A DNA stretch of 64,000 bases. Origin: Gammaproteobacteria bacterium (GTDB taxonomy: Bacteria; Pseudomonadota; Gammaproteobacteria; SZUA-229). A program made the translations under genes and the position numbers. Where the stretch lies: NCBI GenBank assembly GCA_015488885.1, contig WFMW01000031.1:5566-69565 (forward strand). The letters are read 5' to 3'. Numbering within the stretch: position 1 is the stretch's first letter; every line of letters begins with the position of its first letter. Below the pieces are notes generated by a model. The model worked only from the letters and a program-made list of their open reading frames with translations, had not been told where the DNA came from and did no database searches. Positions 53,182-64,000 of the stretch are shown piece by piece.

Positions 53182-54846
53182 CTAATCCTGCAACGCGTAC
53201 AGTAAAAATCCGCCACCACCAATGCCAGCCAGCCAGCTGATAACCGGTGCCCCGAAGAGGATAAAATGGCTGCCGGGGTTAATAGCAATGATAATCGCGG
53301 CACACACAATTAATGCCGAACCAATCATGGCATAAATGGTTCGCCGACTACCACGTTTAAGCTGATGGTGAAGATTGTTGATTGCCAGTAGCTGTTTTTC
53401 CCTGTCATCACCCTCTGCCATCCGATCCAGTGTACGGTAGAACAGGCCGGGCATTTCAGGTAATTTTTCCAACAGGTAAGGCATTTCCTCTTTAAGGTTG
53501 CGTAATGCAGCACGCACACCTACCTGCTCTTCCATCCAGTGTTCGAGAAAGGGTTTTGCGGTTGTCCATAAATCCAGCTCGGGGTATAACTGCCTGCCCA
53601 GACCTTCAATATTAAGCAGGGTTTTCTGTAGCAATACCAGTTGTGGCTGCACTTCCATATTAAACCGCCGGGCGGTCTGGAATAAACGCAGTAATAACTG
53701 CCCGAAGGAAATTTCTTTTAATGGCCGTTCAAAAATCGGTTCACAGACGCTGCGTATGGCTGATTCAAACTCATCCACGCGGGTATGTGATGGCACCCAG
53801 CCTGACTCGACATGCAGCCTGGCAACTTTATTGTAATCACGCTGAAAAAAAGCCAGAAAATTTTCCGCCAGATAACGTTTATCGACCTGACTCAGGGTGC
53901 CGATAATACCAAAATCAACCGCAATATAACGGGGGAAATCCGGGTCATCGATATCGACAAAAATATTCCCCGGATGCATATCGGCATGAAAGAAATTGTG
54001 GCTGAACACCTGGGTGAAAAATATTTTTACGCCGAGTTCGGCCAGACGTTCCAGATTGGTATGATGTTCTTTCAAGGTGCTGATATCACGTACCGATACA
54101 CCATGAATACGTTCCATAACCAACACGTTTTTACGTACAAAATCCCAGTAAACCGCCGGTATATATAAATCGGCAGAACCTTCAAAGTTGCGCTTTAACT
54201 GGCTGGCATTCGCCGCTTCACGCATTAAATCGAGTTCATCGAGAATGGTTTTTTCATATTCAGCTACCACTTCAACCGGTCGCAGACGCCTGAGCTGTGA
54301 GGAGTATTTTGCGGCCAGTTCGGCAATGATATAAAGCAGGGAAATATCCCGCTTGATTACCGGCATAACATTCGGGCGCAATACTTTAACCACAATTTGC
54401 TCACCACTGTTTAATACGCCGGCATGAACCTGCGCAATGGAAGCTGAGGCTAATGGTTGCAGTTCAAACTCGGCAAACAGCTCATTAACTGAATTGCCGA
54501 AGGCTTTTTCAATAATATTTCTTGCCTGTTCACCTGGGAAAGGCGGCACACAATCCTGTAGTTTTTCCAGTTCATCAGCAATATCATCCGCCAGTAAATC
54601 ACGCCGGGTTGATAGCATCTGACCAAATTTAATAAAAATAGGCCCAAGATCTTCCAGTGCTTCACGTATGCGTACCCCTCTGGGCTGTCGGGTTCGCGCT
54701 ACCCAGTTCCAGGGAAAAAGGTACATTAAAAACCGGAAGGGTCGAAACAGATGGGTGGTAAAAATGATATCGTCCAGACCATGGTGCATTAATACAAAAT
54801 TAATGCGCAGCATACGAACGAACTGTCCAGGGCTAACGATAAGCAT
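53182..54846 (-). CDS. ubiB: Ubiquinone biosynthesis regulatory protein kinase
   Basis: ABC1/UbiB kinase motifs, collinear with E. coli UbiB (GPIFIKFGQMLSTRRDLL, HADMHPGNIFV). Confidence 0.9.
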   Translation of the reverse strand: MLIVSPGQFVRMLRINFVLMHHGLDDIIFTTHLFRPFRFLMYLFPWNWVARTRQPRGVRIREALEDLGPIFIKFGQMLSTRRDLLADDIADELEKLQDCVPPFPGEQARNIIEKAFGNSVNELFAEFELQPLASASIAQVHAGVLNSGEQIVVKVLRPNVMPVIKRDISLLYIIAELAAKYSSQLRRLRPVEVVAEYEKTILDELDLMREAANASQLKRNFEGSADLYIPAVYWDFVRKNVLVMERIHGVSVRDISTLKEHHTNLERLAELGVKIFFTQVFSHNFFHADMHPGNIFVDIDDPDFPRYIAVDFGIIGTLSQVDKRYLAENFLAFFQRDYNKVARLHVESGWVPSHTRVDEFESAIRSVCEPIFERPLKEISFGQLLLRLFQTARRFNMEVQPQLVLLQKTLLNIEGLGRQLYPELDLWTTAKPFLEHWMEEQVGVRAALRNLKEEMPYLLEKLPEMPGLFYRTLDRMAEGDDREKQLLAINNLHHQLKRGSRRTIYAMIGSALIVCAAIIIAINPGSHFILFGAPVISWLAGIGGGGFLLYALQD

Positions 54847-54873
54847 TTTAATCTGTTTCCTGTAGCATATTAT

Positions 54874-55503
54874 TTAATTCAAGTTATTCAATTTCAATTC
54901 AAACCTTGCTATATCGTTACGTAATGTATCAACCTGTCGATGAAATATTTCCAGTTCAGTATCCGAAATTAGATCACGACTTTCTTCCTGTAAATATTCA
55001 CTACTGCTTAACGCTGTCGAACGGATACTTTTTTTACCCCATTGCAGCAGGCTTTTTATGCCGGTTTCCAGCAACTGCGTTGCTGGATCGCCGATAAGTT
55101 GTGATAAAGGCTGCTGCCAGTCAATATCCATTTTCTGGAACAGTTTTTTTAAATCGTTACCCAGACGAGTATCACCCTTAATTTCTACTTCACCTTTTAA
55201 CAGAGAACTGCTGGTATCAGATTTCATTAACATGCGGATGATAGCCAGCGGCGCGCCACTTATACAGGTATCTACTTTTCCGTCATAATGGATCTGTAGT
55301 CGGATTTGCTGCGCTACCAGCCGTAGGTAGAGAGTTTTCTCAATACCATTAAAATGAATACAGATTACCTTATCATCCAGAACGGCCAGCCTGCCCGCCA
55401 GCTCTGGATCCATCTGCAGTATTTTGTTTATGCTCGCGGATAATACCTGTTCCAGTAAATCTATTTTATCTGTACTGATTTTATCTGTGCTGGCTGTACT
55501 CAT
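54874..55503 (-). CDS. ubiJ: Ubiquinone biosynthesis accessory factor UbiJ (SCP2 domain)
   Basis: SCP2-like N-terminal domain. Positioned between ubiE and ubiB. Confidence 0.65.
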   Translation of the reverse strand: MSTASTDKISTDKIDLLEQVLSASINKILQMDPELAGRLAVLDDKVICIHFNGIEKTLYLRLVAQQIRLQIHYDGKVDTCISGAPLAIIRMLMKSDTSSSLLKGEVEIKGDTRLGNDLKKLFQKMDIDWQQPLSQLIGDPATQLLETGIKSLLQWGKKSIRSTALSSSEYLQEESRDLISDTELEIFHRQVDTLRNDIARFELKLNNLN

Positions 55504-55538
55504 CGTAGCATCAATGGAAAGGTGGGAGCACCGTCCGT

Positions 55539-56285
55539 TTATAGCTTGAAGCCTTTATGTAATGCCACTATACCACCCGTCATATTATGATAACTGCAGC
55601 GTTCAAAACCCGCGTCACACATCATGGCCTTTAATGTCTGCTGGTCGGGGTGCATACGAATAGATTCTGCCAGATAACGATAACTGTCTTCATCATTGGC
55701 AATCAGGCGTCCCATTTTCGGCAGGACTTTAAATGAGTAAAAATCATAAACTTTATTTAAGCCCGGTATCACCGGTTTGGAAAATTCAAGTACCAGTAAG
55801 CGCCCCCCTGGTTTCAATACTCTATACATGGACGACAGAGCGCGGTCTTTATGCGTAACATTACGCAGGCCAAAAGCAATGGTAATACAGTTGAAGCTGT
55901 TATCCTCAAACGGTAAATCTTCGGCATTGGCTTCAACAAATTTAATGTTTCCGGCATAACCTTTATCAAGCAGGCGCCGTCGTCCTTCTTCCAGCATCGC
56001 CGCGTTAATATCTGAAATAATGACTTCTCCCGTCGGCCCGACCTGTTTTGACATGGCCATAGTCAGGTCGCCGGTACCACCGGCCACATCAAGCGCCCGG
56101 TCACCGGGTTTTAAGCCGGTATGCTGCATGGTAATTTTTTTCCAGATACGATGTACACCAAATGACATCACATCATTCATAATGTCATACTTGCTGGCAA
56201 CTGAATCAAATACGCCCGCCACCAGTGACTCCTTTTCACCTTCAGCAACAGTTTTATAACCAAAATGGGTTTTATTTTCCACCAT
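55539..56285 (-). CDS. ubiE: Ubiquinone/menaquinone biosynthesis C-methyltransferase
   Basis: FGYKTV...[18 protein letters not shown] and SAM motif LDVAGGTGD. Confidence 0.9.
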   Translation of the reverse strand: MVENKTHFGYKTVAEGEKESLVAGVFDSVASKYDIMNDVMSFGVHRIWKKITMQHTGLKPGDRALDVAGGTGDLTMAMSKQVGPTGEVIISDINAAMLEEGRRRLLDKGYAGNIKFVEANAEDLPFEDNSFNCITIAFGLRNVTHKDRALSSMYRVLKPGGRLLVLEFSKPVIPGLNKVYDFYSFKVLPKMGRLIANDEDSYRYLAESIRMHPDQQTLKAMMCDAGFERCSYHNMTGGIVALHKGFKL

Positions 56286-56644
56286 TATTTTATGTCCCGG
56301 CGTTTATGGCCTGCTGCCTTTAGCCGATCCAGATAGTCCTGCCATTTTTCTTCATATTTTGAGCCTAGTTCATACAGGTATCCCCAGCTATAAATACCGC
56401 TGTCATGTTTATCATCAAAAATAAATTTCAGCGCATAATTGCCCTGTGGTTCTATCGACTCAATGGTGACTTCTTCTTTATTTAATTGTAAAACTTCCTG
56501 ACCGGGACCATGACCGGTCACTTCCGCAGAAGGCGAATAGACGCGTAAGTATTCGCAGGGTAATTTAAATACCTGGCCGTCGTCATATTCAACTTCCAGT
56601 ATTCTACTTTTCTGATGCAGGTTTATATTAATAGGTTTTGGCAT
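56285..56644 (-). CDS. DUF971 (gamma-butyrobetaine hydroxylase N-terminal-like) protein
   Basis: 119-aa protein with the conserved upstream-of-ubiE position. Overlaps ubiE by 1 bp. Confidence 0.6.
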   Translation of the reverse strand: MPKPININLHQKSRILEVEYDDGQVFKLPCEYLRVYSPSAEVTGHGPGQEVLQLNKEEVTIESIEPQGNYALKFIFDDKHDSGIYSWGYLYELGSKYEEKWQDYLDRLKAAGHKRRDIK

Positions 56645-56683
56645 AAACTTCTCTATAAAGGTTAATGGTTACAGGCCTGATGG

Positions 56684-58015
56684 TCATAAAATATATCGGC
56701 TTAAATCTTCATCTTCAATGAGTTCACCCAGGCTGTTATTCACATACTCTGCATCAATAATAATGTCTGCGTCATGGCGATCCGGTGCGTCAAAAGAAAT
56801 TTCTTCAAGTAAATGTTCCATCACCGTATGCAGTCTGCGCGCACCAATATTTTCCGCACTTTTATTCACTTCGTAGGCAGAATGGGCGATCTGTTGTATC
56901 CCGTCTCTGGTAAAACTCAGGTTCACATTTTCAGTTTGCATTAACGCTTCGTATTGAATGGTCAACGCGGCATCAGGTTCAGTAAGGATACGCTCAAAGT
57001 CACCTGCGGTCAGTGCCGACAGTTCTACTCTGATGGGTAGCCGCCCCTGTAATTCAGGAATGAGATCGGAAGGTTTGGTTAAATGAAATGCCCCTGATGC
57101 AATAAATAAAATATGGTCGGTTTTTACCATGCCATATTTTGTGGTTACAGTGCAACCTTCAACCAGCGGTAACAGGTCACGCTGAACACCTTCGCGAGAA
57201 ACATCGCCACCGCTACCACTTTCACTGCGTCTGGTCACTTTATCGATTTCATCAATAAACACAATGCCGTTTTGCTCGGCATTTTCTACCGCACGGGATT
57301 TTATTTCATCGTCTTTAATTAATTTACCCGCCTCTTCCTGCTGAATCAGTTTTCTGGCTTTATCAATACGCATTTTGCTGGTTTTTTTTCTGTCACTGGC
57401 CATGTTCTGAAACATACCCTGCAACTGCGAGGTCATTTCCTCCATACCCGGCGGAGCCATAATCTCCACACCCATTGGGGCAACGGATAATTCTATTTCT
57501 ATTTCTTTGTCATCCAGATCACCAGCCTGTAGTTTGTCACGAAATTTCTGCCGGGTGCGGGAATCATTATCTTCTTCCGGTTCGCCAAACTGATTATGCG
57601 CAGGGGGCAACAGCACGTCTAAAATGCGCTCTTCCGTGGCGGCTTCCGCCAGATGCGCGACTTTTTCCATCTCCTGTTCACGTGTTGTTTTAACCGACAT
57701 CTCTACAAGATCGCGGATAATCGAATCTACTTCGCGGCCAACATAACCAACTTCGGTGAATTTAGTGGCTTCTACCTTGACAAAGGGAGCCTTCGCCAGA
57801 TGCGCCAGACGACGTGCAATTTCTGTTTTACCCACGCCGGTGGGGCCAATCATCAGAATATTTTTTGGCGTAATTTCGTTTCTTAGTTCCTCTTCAATTT
57901 GCATCCGCCGCCAACGATTACGCAAGGCAATCGCTACGGCACGCTTGGCACCCTGCTGCCCAACAATATGTTTATCCAGTTCCTGAACAATTTCCCGTGG
58001 AGTCATTTCAGACAT
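56684..58015 (-). CDS. hslU: ATP-dependent protease ATPase subunit HslU
   Basis: TPREIV, Walker [19 protein letters not shown]+ motifs. Confidence 0.95.
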   Translation of the reverse strand: MSEMTPREIVQELDKHIVGQQGAKRAVAIALRNRWRRMQIEEELRNEITPKNILMIGPTGVGKTEIARRLAHLAKAPFVKVEATKFTEVGYVGREVDSIIRDLVEMSVKTTREQEMEKVAHLAEAATEERILDVLLPPAHNQFGEPEEDNDSRTRQKFRDKLQAGDLDDKEIEIELSVAPMGVEIMAPPGMEEMTSQLQGMFQNMASDRKKTSKMRIDKARKLIQQEEAGKLIKDDEIKSRAVENAEQNGIVFIDEIDKVTRRSESGSGGDVSREGVQRDLLPLVEGCTVTTKYGMVKTDHILFIASGAFHLTKPSDLIPELQGRLPIRVELSALTAGDFERILTEPDAALTIQYEALMQTENVNLSFTRDGIQQIAHSAYEVNKSAENIGARRLHTVMEHLLEEISFDAPDRHDADIIIDAEYVNNSLGELIEDEDLSRYIL

Positions 58016-58054
58016 ATATGTAACCTTTTATGTAGCATCTTGATAATAAGTTCT

Positions 58055-58588
58055 TTAAATTTCTTCAATAGTGCGGGTATGATTGGTGTAGATACAAATA
58101 TCGCCTGCAATAGCCAGGCTTTTTTCAACCATTTCGTGGGCAGTCATTTCAGTATTATCAAACAACGCGCGGGCTGCAGCCTGTGCATAAGGACCGCCAG
58201 AACCAATAGCGATTAAATCGTCTACGGTATCAATGACATCACCGGTTCCTGATATCAGTAATGAGTTATTGGCATCGGCAACAATTAACATGGCCTCGAG
58301 TTTGCGCAACATTTTATCCGTGCGCCAGTCTTTTGCCAGCTCAACAGCAGCTCGACGTAGCTGACCATTATGCCGCTCCAGCATCGCCTCAAAACGTTCC
58401 AGTAAAGTAAAGGCATCGGCGGTGGCTCCGGCAAACCCGGCAATCACCTTATTATTGTATATTTTGCGTACTTTGGTGGCATTGCCTTTCATAACCGTGT
58501 TGCCCAGTGTTACCTGGCCATCACCGCCAACGACTACCTTGCCATGCCGACGCACCGTGAGGATTGTTGTGCCGTGAAATGTTTCCAC
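58055..58588 (-). CDS. hslV: ATP-dependent protease subunit HslV
   Basis: N-terminal TTILTVRR (Thr nucleophile). 177 aa. Confidence 0.95.
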   Translation of the reverse strand: METFHGTTILTVRRHGKVVVGGDGQVTLGNTVMKGNATKVRKIYNNKVIAGFAGATADAFTLLERFEAMLERHNGQLRRAAVELAKDWRTDKMLRKLEAMLIVADANNSLLISGTGDVIDTVDDLIAIGSGGPYAQAAARALFDNTEMTAHEMVEKSLAIAGDICIYTNHTRTIEEI

Positions 58589-58621
58589 GCCTGTCTCCAG
58601 CTTTGTTTCAGAATCCGGTGA

Positions 58622-58662
58622 TTTTACACCATGGGGAGCCGAAAGGTAGAACTTGTTGTGGA
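58622..58662 (-). promoter_or_regulatory. Possible sigma32-type heat-shock promoter for hslVU (CCCCATGG -10-like element)
   Basis: On the minus strand, CCCCATGG about 45 bp upstream of the hslV start matches the CCCCATNT -10 consensus. The -35 region is poorly matched. Confidence 0.25.
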
Positions 58663-58678
58663 TAAACCGAGCTGTGGG

Positions 58679-59452
58679 TTATGGCTGCGGACGCACAAAG
58701 GTCCATTGCCGGTCATCAGACAGTTCCCGGTTAAACCGGTAGCCGCCTAATCTGAATTTTTTTATATCTTCAGCATTTTCAATCCGGTTACGGATAATAT
58801 AATCCGCCATCATTCCCCGCGCCCGTTTGGCAAATATGGCTATAATCCGGGTTTTACCGTCGCGGGTTTCCTTGAAATGAATATTTAGCAGGCGACCTTC
58901 AAGCAAGCCGGTTTTAATAACCTTAAAATATTCCTTTGATGCCAGGTTAACCAGTACCGGCTGTGGCTGTTTGTTTAGCTCTTTGTTCAGCTTATCGGTA
59001 ATCCGCCTGCCCCAGAACTGGTACAGATTGTCGCCGCGTGGATTAGCCAGTTTTGTTTTCATTTCCAGCCGGTATGGCTGTATCAGATCCAGTGGCCGCA
59101 GATAACCGTATAAACCTGATAGTATGCGCAGGTGATTTTGGGCAAAATCAAAATCAGCTGCGGTAAACTGCGCCAGATCAATGCCACTATAGACATCACC
59201 CTTAAAGGCAAAAATCGCCTGTTTGGCATTTTTAGTGGTAAACGGCAGGCTGAATTTTCTAAAGCGCCCGGCATTCAGGCTGGCAATCTTGTCACTGACC
59301 GCCATTAAATTTTTAATATCATCCGCTTTGAGTTTTTTCAGCACCTTGAAAAGTATTGCCGATTCGGTCAAATCCCGGGGTTGACTGTGTTTGCTGATCA
59401 GCGGTGGTTCAATAAAGTCCTGACCTTTTGAAGGTGAAAGTGCAATAATCAT
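58679..59452 (-). CDS. yaaA: Peroxide stress protein YaaA (UPF0246/DUF328)
   Basis: MIIALSPSK N-terminus and conserved family body. Confidence 0.85.
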   Translation of the reverse strand: MIIALSPSKGQDFIEPPLISKHSQPRDLTESAILFKVLKKLKADDIKNLMAVSDKIASLNAGRFRKFSLPFTTKNAKQAIFAFKGDVYSGIDLAQFTAADFDFAQNHLRILSGLYGYLRPLDLIQPYRLEMKTKLANPRGDNLYQFWGRRITDKLNKELNKQPQPVLVNLASKEYFKVIKTGLLEGRLLNIHFKETRDGKTRIIAIFAKRARGMMADYIIRNRIENAEDIKKFRLGGYRFNRELSDDRQWTFVRPQP

Positions 59453-59517
59453 CGCGCTATTATAACGATAATCAGGGATAGATGCCGAATTAATAGATAC
59501 GTTCTAATCTATTTGGG

Positions 59518-60453
59518 CTATTTTTTTCTGGCGCGCGGATGCGCACTGTCATATACCCCGGCAAGATGCTGAAAATCAAGATGGGTATAAATCTGCGTGG
59601 TGCTTAAATTGGCATGGCCAAGCAAGGTCTGCACGGCACGCAAATCGCTGGATGATTCCAGAAGATGCGAGGCAAAGGAATGGCGCAACATGTGCGGATA
59701 AAGCCTGCTCCCCAGACCCTGCTTCTGCGCCCATGATTTTAAGCGCAACTGCACATTGCGATTGCTGATACGCTTGCCCCGCTGACTGATAAAAACGGCC
59801 TTGTCATCAGCTTTCGTTATTAATGAACGATGCTGCAAATACTGCTCCAGCGCCATTCTCGCCTTGTTGCCAAACGGTACTTGACGGGTTTTACTGCCTT
59901 TTCCCGTTACCCGTACGATCTGTTGCTGCCAGTCTATATCCGCCAGTTCCAGCCGGGTTAATTCTGTCAGTCGCAGGCCACACGCATACAACAGTTCAAT
60001 AATAGCTTTATCGCGGCTGTCGATAAAACTGTCTGCCTGTACATTTAATAACTGATTTACCTGATCCGCATGCAAGGTATTAGGCAGACGTTTGGGCTTT
60101 CTGGGAGCGGGCACACCGATAGCCGGGTTATTTTTTGCCAGTTTATGACGACATAAAAAACCATACAGGGAACGAATCGCCGATAATAATCGTTGTAAAC
60201 TGCGCCCGGACAAGCCCTGCCGGTGCAGGCGCGCAATACTGGCACGCAGTTGTGACGGGGTAATCGCGTCCCAGTTAATTTTAGCCTGCCGGTCTAACTC
60301 CAGGCTGATTAAAAATTGATGAATATCGCTTTGGTAAGCTTTTAAGGTATGTATCGAGTAGCGTTTTTCATTTTGCAAATAGGCATAAAATCGCCGCAAG
60401 CCATCATCTTTGACAGCTATTTTTTCCGCAGTATCTGATAATGACGAGGTCAT
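59518..60453 (-). CDS. xerC: Tyrosine recombinase XerC
   Basis: Phage-integrase family R...HxxR...Y catalytic residues (HMLRHSFASHLL, TQIYTHL). Conserved dapF-DUF484-xerC context. Confidence 0.9.
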   Translation of the reverse strand: MTSSLSDTAEKIAVKDDGLRRFYAYLQNEKRYSIHTLKAYQSDIHQFLISLELDRQAKINWDAITPSQLRASIARLHRQGLSGRSLQRLLSAIRSLYGFLCRHKLAKNNPAIGVPAPRKPKRLPNTLHADQVNQLLNVQADSFIDSRDKAIIELLYACGLRLTELTRLELADIDWQQQIVRVTGKGSKTRQVPFGNKARMALEQYLQHRSLITKADDKAVFISQRGKRISNRNVQLRLKSWAQKQGLGSRLYPHMLRHSFASHLLESSSDLRAVQTLLGHANLSTTQIYTHLDFQHLAGVYDSAHPRARKK

Positions 60454-60474
60454 CGTTCCGTATTTATGTGCATT

Positions 60475-61221
60475 TTACGGATGCTGGCTGGCGCAATCAT
60501 TCGCTTCCAGATGCACGGCCAGTGCTGCACTGACCAGATCGCCTATCTGCGCCAGAAAATGGGTTCCCATGGTTGCCTGAAAACGCCTGTTATTATTACT
60601 CCCCAGACCAATCAGGCCCAAATCGGCACCTGCTGTTAATGGAATAATTGCCGCCGAGGCAATCTTTGCTGCATTATCCGTAAATAAAAAGGCTTTCTGT
60701 TCATCAATACTCCGGCCACACACGGGGTTTTTATGTTCCAGCATGGTTTTAAATGCATGGATACCGGTATCATCTCTGGCCACAAACAAACCCGGGTATT
60801 GTTTAACCAGCGACCGGTTTTCGGTAAACAGGCGAATTACCGCATAATCGGCTTTTAGTTCATTGCTTAACTCATCCAGCACAATACAGACCACATCATC
60901 CAGATCATGTGCACCGAGCAGGTTGATGGCAATACGCTGCCGACTTTGCGCCAGCCGCTCATTATCACGAGCCACGGCCATCAGTTCGCTTAAATGCTCA
61001 TCAAGCCGGGCATTTTTTTCGCGTAACACCTTTACCTGACGTTCGACCAGAGAGACTGCCGGGCCACTGTCATGAGGTATTTCAAGTATCGCCAGCAATT
61101 CCGGGTGATCGCGTAAAATCGCCGGATTTTCTTTTAACTGCTTGACTAATGCCTGTTCGTCTGTTGATACTGTTTCAGATACTGCTTCGGTTTTATGTTT
61201 TCTTTTCACTGATTTTGTCAC
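60475..61221 (-). CDS. DUF484 (YigA-like, GAF-like) protein
   Basis: Conserved position between dapF and xerC. Coiled-coil N-terminus. Confidence 0.7.
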   Translation of the reverse strand: MTKSVKRKHKTEAVSETVSTDEQALVKQLKENPAILRDHPELLAILEIPHDSGPAVSLVERQVKVLREKNARLDEHLSELMAVARDNERLAQSRQRIAINLLGAHDLDDVVCIVLDELSNELKADYAVIRLFTENRSLVKQYPGLFVARDDTGIHAFKTMLEHKNPVCGRSIDEQKAFLFTDNAAKIASAAIIPLTAGADLGLIGLGSNNNRRFQATMGTHFLAQIGDLVSAALAVHLEANDCASQHP

Positions 61222-62072
61222 CCTGTTGTTTCCCCCCTGTAAACACGGCTTACCGGCCCGGTCATAAATAAGGAACAGCCCTCACCTGCCCAGGCGATAC
61301 GCAGTTCGCCGCCAGACAGCGGTACCTTGACATCGTTATCAAGCAATCCACGTCGAATGCCGACAGCCACCGCAGCACTGGCACCGGTTCCACATGCCAG
61401 GGTTTCACCCGCACCACGCTCATAGACCCGCAAACGGATGGTGTGACGATTGACAATTTGCATAAAGCCAACATTCACTCCCTGAGGAAAATGACTATCT
61501 GCACCAATCAAGGCTCCCGTTGCTGCCACATCGGTATTTTCAATGTCATCAACCTGCAACACAGCATGGGGATTACCCATGGATACAATATCTATAGTAT
61601 AAATATGCTGATTAAGCTTTAATTTGTAATGCCCCGGTTCCCGCGTACCTGACACCACGGCATCTTCATTATTGATAAATGGCAGGCTTTCAGGACGAAA
61701 ATTGGGTTCCCCCATATCAACAGTGACATCACCATTGTCTTCTACCTGCAACCGGATCAACCCACCCATGGTTTCAACTGGAATAAGCCGATGCTCGGTC
61801 AGCCCCGCGTCACGCACAAACACCGCAAAACATCGCGCGCCGTTGCCGCACTGTTCTACCTCACTGCCATCGGCATTAAATATACGATAGCGAAACTCAG
61901 CGGCTGGTGTCTGTGGCGCTTCCACCAGCAACAACTGATCAAAACCAACCCCGGTATGACGGTCTGCGAGTTGCTGAATTTGCTCAGGGCTCAGATCAAT
62001 GGCCTGTTCAATGCCATTGATCACCATAAAGTCATTACCCAGACCATGCATTTTTGTAAAAGCAATCTTCAT
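61218..62072 (-). CDS. dapF: Diaminopimelate epimerase
   Basis: [11 protein letters not shown], plus active-site Cys motifs ([14 protein letters not shown]). Confidence 0.9.
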   Translation of the reverse strand: MKIAFTKMHGLGNDFMVINGIEQAIDLSPEQIQQLADRHTGVGFDQLLLVEAPQTPAAEFRYRIFNADGSEVEQCGNGARCFAVFVRDAGLTEHRLIPVETMGGLIRLQVEDNGDVTVDMGEPNFRPESLPFINNEDAVVSGTREPGHYKLKLNQHIYTIDIVSMGNPHAVLQVDDIENTDVAATGALIGADSHFPQGVNVGFMQIVNRHTIRLRVYERGAGETLACGTGASAAVAVGIRRGLLDNDVKVPLSGGELRIAWAGEGCSLFMTGPVSRVYRGETTG

Positions 62073-62239
62073 AACCGGGGAGCATAACCGGCAATAAGGC
62101 CCGGTTCAACCTGAAACAGCCCCTTGCGTACTAAAATAACAATAAAACCCGTTTCCTCTATGCATTATCATTTTATTATGCTAACTTAGACATCTGTCTG
62201 ACTTATATTGATTTCCACCTTATCCCCGGAGGTAATACC

Positions 62240-62908
62240 ATGTCCACAACACCTCGCTCATCTTTACAGGAAGCTATTGATGCCTTCCAACAGGAAATGT
62301 TGCCGCAAATTTCTGATAATGTAGCTGCAACCATGCAGGCAGCCATGACTGACTTAAAACAGTCGGGTCTGGAAAACAACGCTAAAACAACAGGTGACAT
62401 CTGCCCGGATTTCACCTTACCCAATGCCGATAAAAAAGCGGTTTCGCTGGACGCTTTACTAGAAAAAGGCCCCGTGGTCATCAGTTTTTATCGCGGCGCC
62501 TGGTGCCCGTATTGCAACCTGGAAATCAATGCGCTGCAGGCAAAACTGGCAGCTATACAGTCACAGGGTGCAAGCCTGATTGCCATTACCCCGCAACTGC
62601 CGGATAAATCACTGGAACAGATTAAAGAAAAATCGCTCGGCTTTGAGATTTTAAGCGACCAGAAAAATCGTCTTGCACGACAATTCGGCCTGGTTTTTAC
62701 CTTACCCGAAACGTTACGACCTGTTTATACTGATTGGGGCATTGATATACCCGAACATAATGGCGATGACTCGTTTGAGTTACCCGTTCCAGCCACGTAT
62801 ATTGTGGGGCAGGATAAAAAAATCCGCTACGCCTTTGTTAATGTCGATTATACCCAGCGGCTGGAACCGGACATTATTATTGAACAACTGGAAGCCTGCA
62901 GGACTTAA
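62240..62908 (+). CDS. Peroxiredoxin-like (AhpC/TSA-redoxin family) protein with an N-terminal extension
   Basis: Thioredoxin-fold motif FYRGAWCPYC. 222 aa. Confidence 0.7.
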   Translation: MSTTPRSSLQEAIDAFQQEMLPQISDNVAATMQAAMTDLKQSGLENNAKTTGDICPDFTLPNADKKAVSLDALLEKGPVVISFYRGAWCPYCNLEINALQAKLAAIQSQGASLIAITPQLPDKSLEQIKEKSLGFEILSDQKNRLARQFGLVFTLPETLRPVYTDWGIDIPEHNGDDSFELPVPATYIVGQDKKIRYAFVNVDYTQRLEPDIIIEQLEACRT

Positions 62909-63051
62909 TCCATCGTAACGAGAGGGCGCTGATTTGAGGGAAGTGGCACGACGATAGATAAGCATATTGCGTTTACGAACCAAAGGATGAGCCAGACTCC
63001 TAGATGATATATCTGCTATAATAGCTTATAAGAGATGATATAAGCACTATA

Positions 63052-64000
63052 ATGAAGATACCAGACCCCACTACGCTTGTTGTATTCGCCTGGCTCGCTG
63101 ATCGCTACATTCCTGCAGGCAAGTTGCGGGTGTTCGGTCGTCAGGCTGAATTCTGGTACGGGGATCACTTCAGGCAATATGGTTATGCGCTTGACCCCAT
63201 CAAGCTACCACTCACGAGTGAAGTCTTTACGGCTGAAGGTTTACAGGGAGATCTCGGCGTACTGGGTGATGCGTTACCTGATAGCTGGGGGCGTTATCTT
63301 ATCAAACGTCAGTACCATCAATCTTTATCTGATCTGCAAATACTAAGTCTGGATGCCTCCAGACAGCGAATGGGTGGACTTTTTTTCTCCTGTGAGCTCG
63401 ATGATTCTCCCGTGGATAATACTCACGACCTGAAATGGATGCATCAGTTCTCACGGTGGTTAACTGATAAAAGTAATGATTTTCCAGAAAGGATGGAGCT
63501 TGGCTCCAGTGCGGGTGGTGCTAAACCTAAATGCCTCATTCAGATTGATGAAATAGAGTGGATTGTAAAATTCCAACCGGCAAACGAGCCTGTGAATAAA
63601 CCCGCTATTGAGCACGGAACGTTAAAACTGGCCGAGGCGTGCGGTATTCCCGTGCCTGATAATCGACTGATTGACCTGCCTGATAAGAGACAGGCGCTTT
63701 TGGTTAAACGCTTTGATCGTGACCGGAAAAAACCGCTTCACTACATGAGCGGGCAAACGCTATGCGGCGTATTATTCAATGACGCAGGGCAGGTGATTAA
63801 TGATACACGCAGTTACCTTATTCTCGCTGACGCATTAAGTAAAATGAGCACAGCCCCACAAACTGACAGAGTCGATCTGTTTCGTCGTATCGTTTTTAAT
63901 ATCCTGGTAAACAATCATGATGATCACGCTAAAAACCACGGCGTAGTACGTTCACTGGATGGTAAGTGGCGGCTGTCAAAAGCCTTTGACCTGGTCGCAG
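63052..64000 (+). CDS. HipA-like Ser/Thr kinase toxin homologue (3' end beyond the window)
   Basis: HipA N-terminal motifs (LGDALPDSWGR) and a catalytic-loop NNHDDHAKN. The frame is open to the window end. No hipB-like gene fits in the 143 bp upstream. Confidence 0.7.
   Translation, partial: MKIPDPTTLVVFAWLADRYIPAGKLRVFGRQAEFWYGDHFRQYGYALDPIKLPLTSEVFTAEGLQGDLGVLGDALPDSWGRYLIKRQYHQSLSDLQILSLDASRQRMGGLFFSCELDDSPVDNTHDLKWMHQFSRWLTDKSNDFPERMELGSSAGGAKPKCLIQIDEIEWIVKFQPANEPVNKPAIEHGTLKLAEACGIPVPDNRLIDLPDKRQALLVKRFDRDRKKPLHYMSGQTLCGVLFNDAGQVINDTRSYLILADALSKMSTAPQTDRVDLFRRIVFNILVNNHDDHAKNHGVVRSLDGKWRLSKAFDLVA

Noticed and set aside
63077-63346. 89-aa + strand ORF at the start of the HipA-like region.
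   Set aside because: It is in a different frame from the long HipA-like ORF, which has clear family motifs. It is an alternative-frame artefact.

Overview
This 64-kb window reads as the core chromosome of an AT-rich gammaproteobacterium. The gene content (a DsrC/TusE homologue, SulP, a PPK2-Ppx polyphosphate module, selD, TRAP transporters) suggests a sulfur-oxidising, polyphosphate-storing lifestyle, possibly Thiotrichales-like. The taxon is an inference and was not verified.

The backbone is classical: rsmG-parA-parB-atpIBEFHAGDC-glmU on the + strand. Further along, plsB, dctQM and mtnBA-dctP are followed on the - strand by uvrD-ubiB-ubiJ-ubiE-DUF971-hslUV-yaaA-xerC-DUF484-dapF. No rRNA, tRNA, CRISPR array or transposase was recognisable.

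The most unusual content:
1. A 1,152-aa cytoplasmic protein of no family I can assign sits where glmS normally follows glmU, and is close-coupled to an MtfA-type (M90) zinc peptidase.
2. A DsrC/TusE-family protein keeps the internal CysB but replaces the universally conserved penultimate C-terminal cysteine with a 9-residue tail.
3. An ATTAAYA repeat array lies in the divergent promoter region between that gene and pyruvate kinase.
4. selD-ppx-ppk2 form a co-directional polyphosphate module next to a PhnD-like binding protein plus hybrid histidine kinase pair.
5. A 22-bp perfect hairpin overlaps the plsB start codon.
6. Homoserine kinase is translationally coupled to dctQM, while the cognate dctP lies 9 kb away and carries a Tat-like signal.
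7. A GC-richer, apparently orphan HipA-like kinase runs off the 3' end of the window.

Several smaller repeat or palindrome motifs and one apparent frameshifted micro-protein gene are also flagged. Everything here comes from reading the sequence and the ORF translations by eye; no database search was run.
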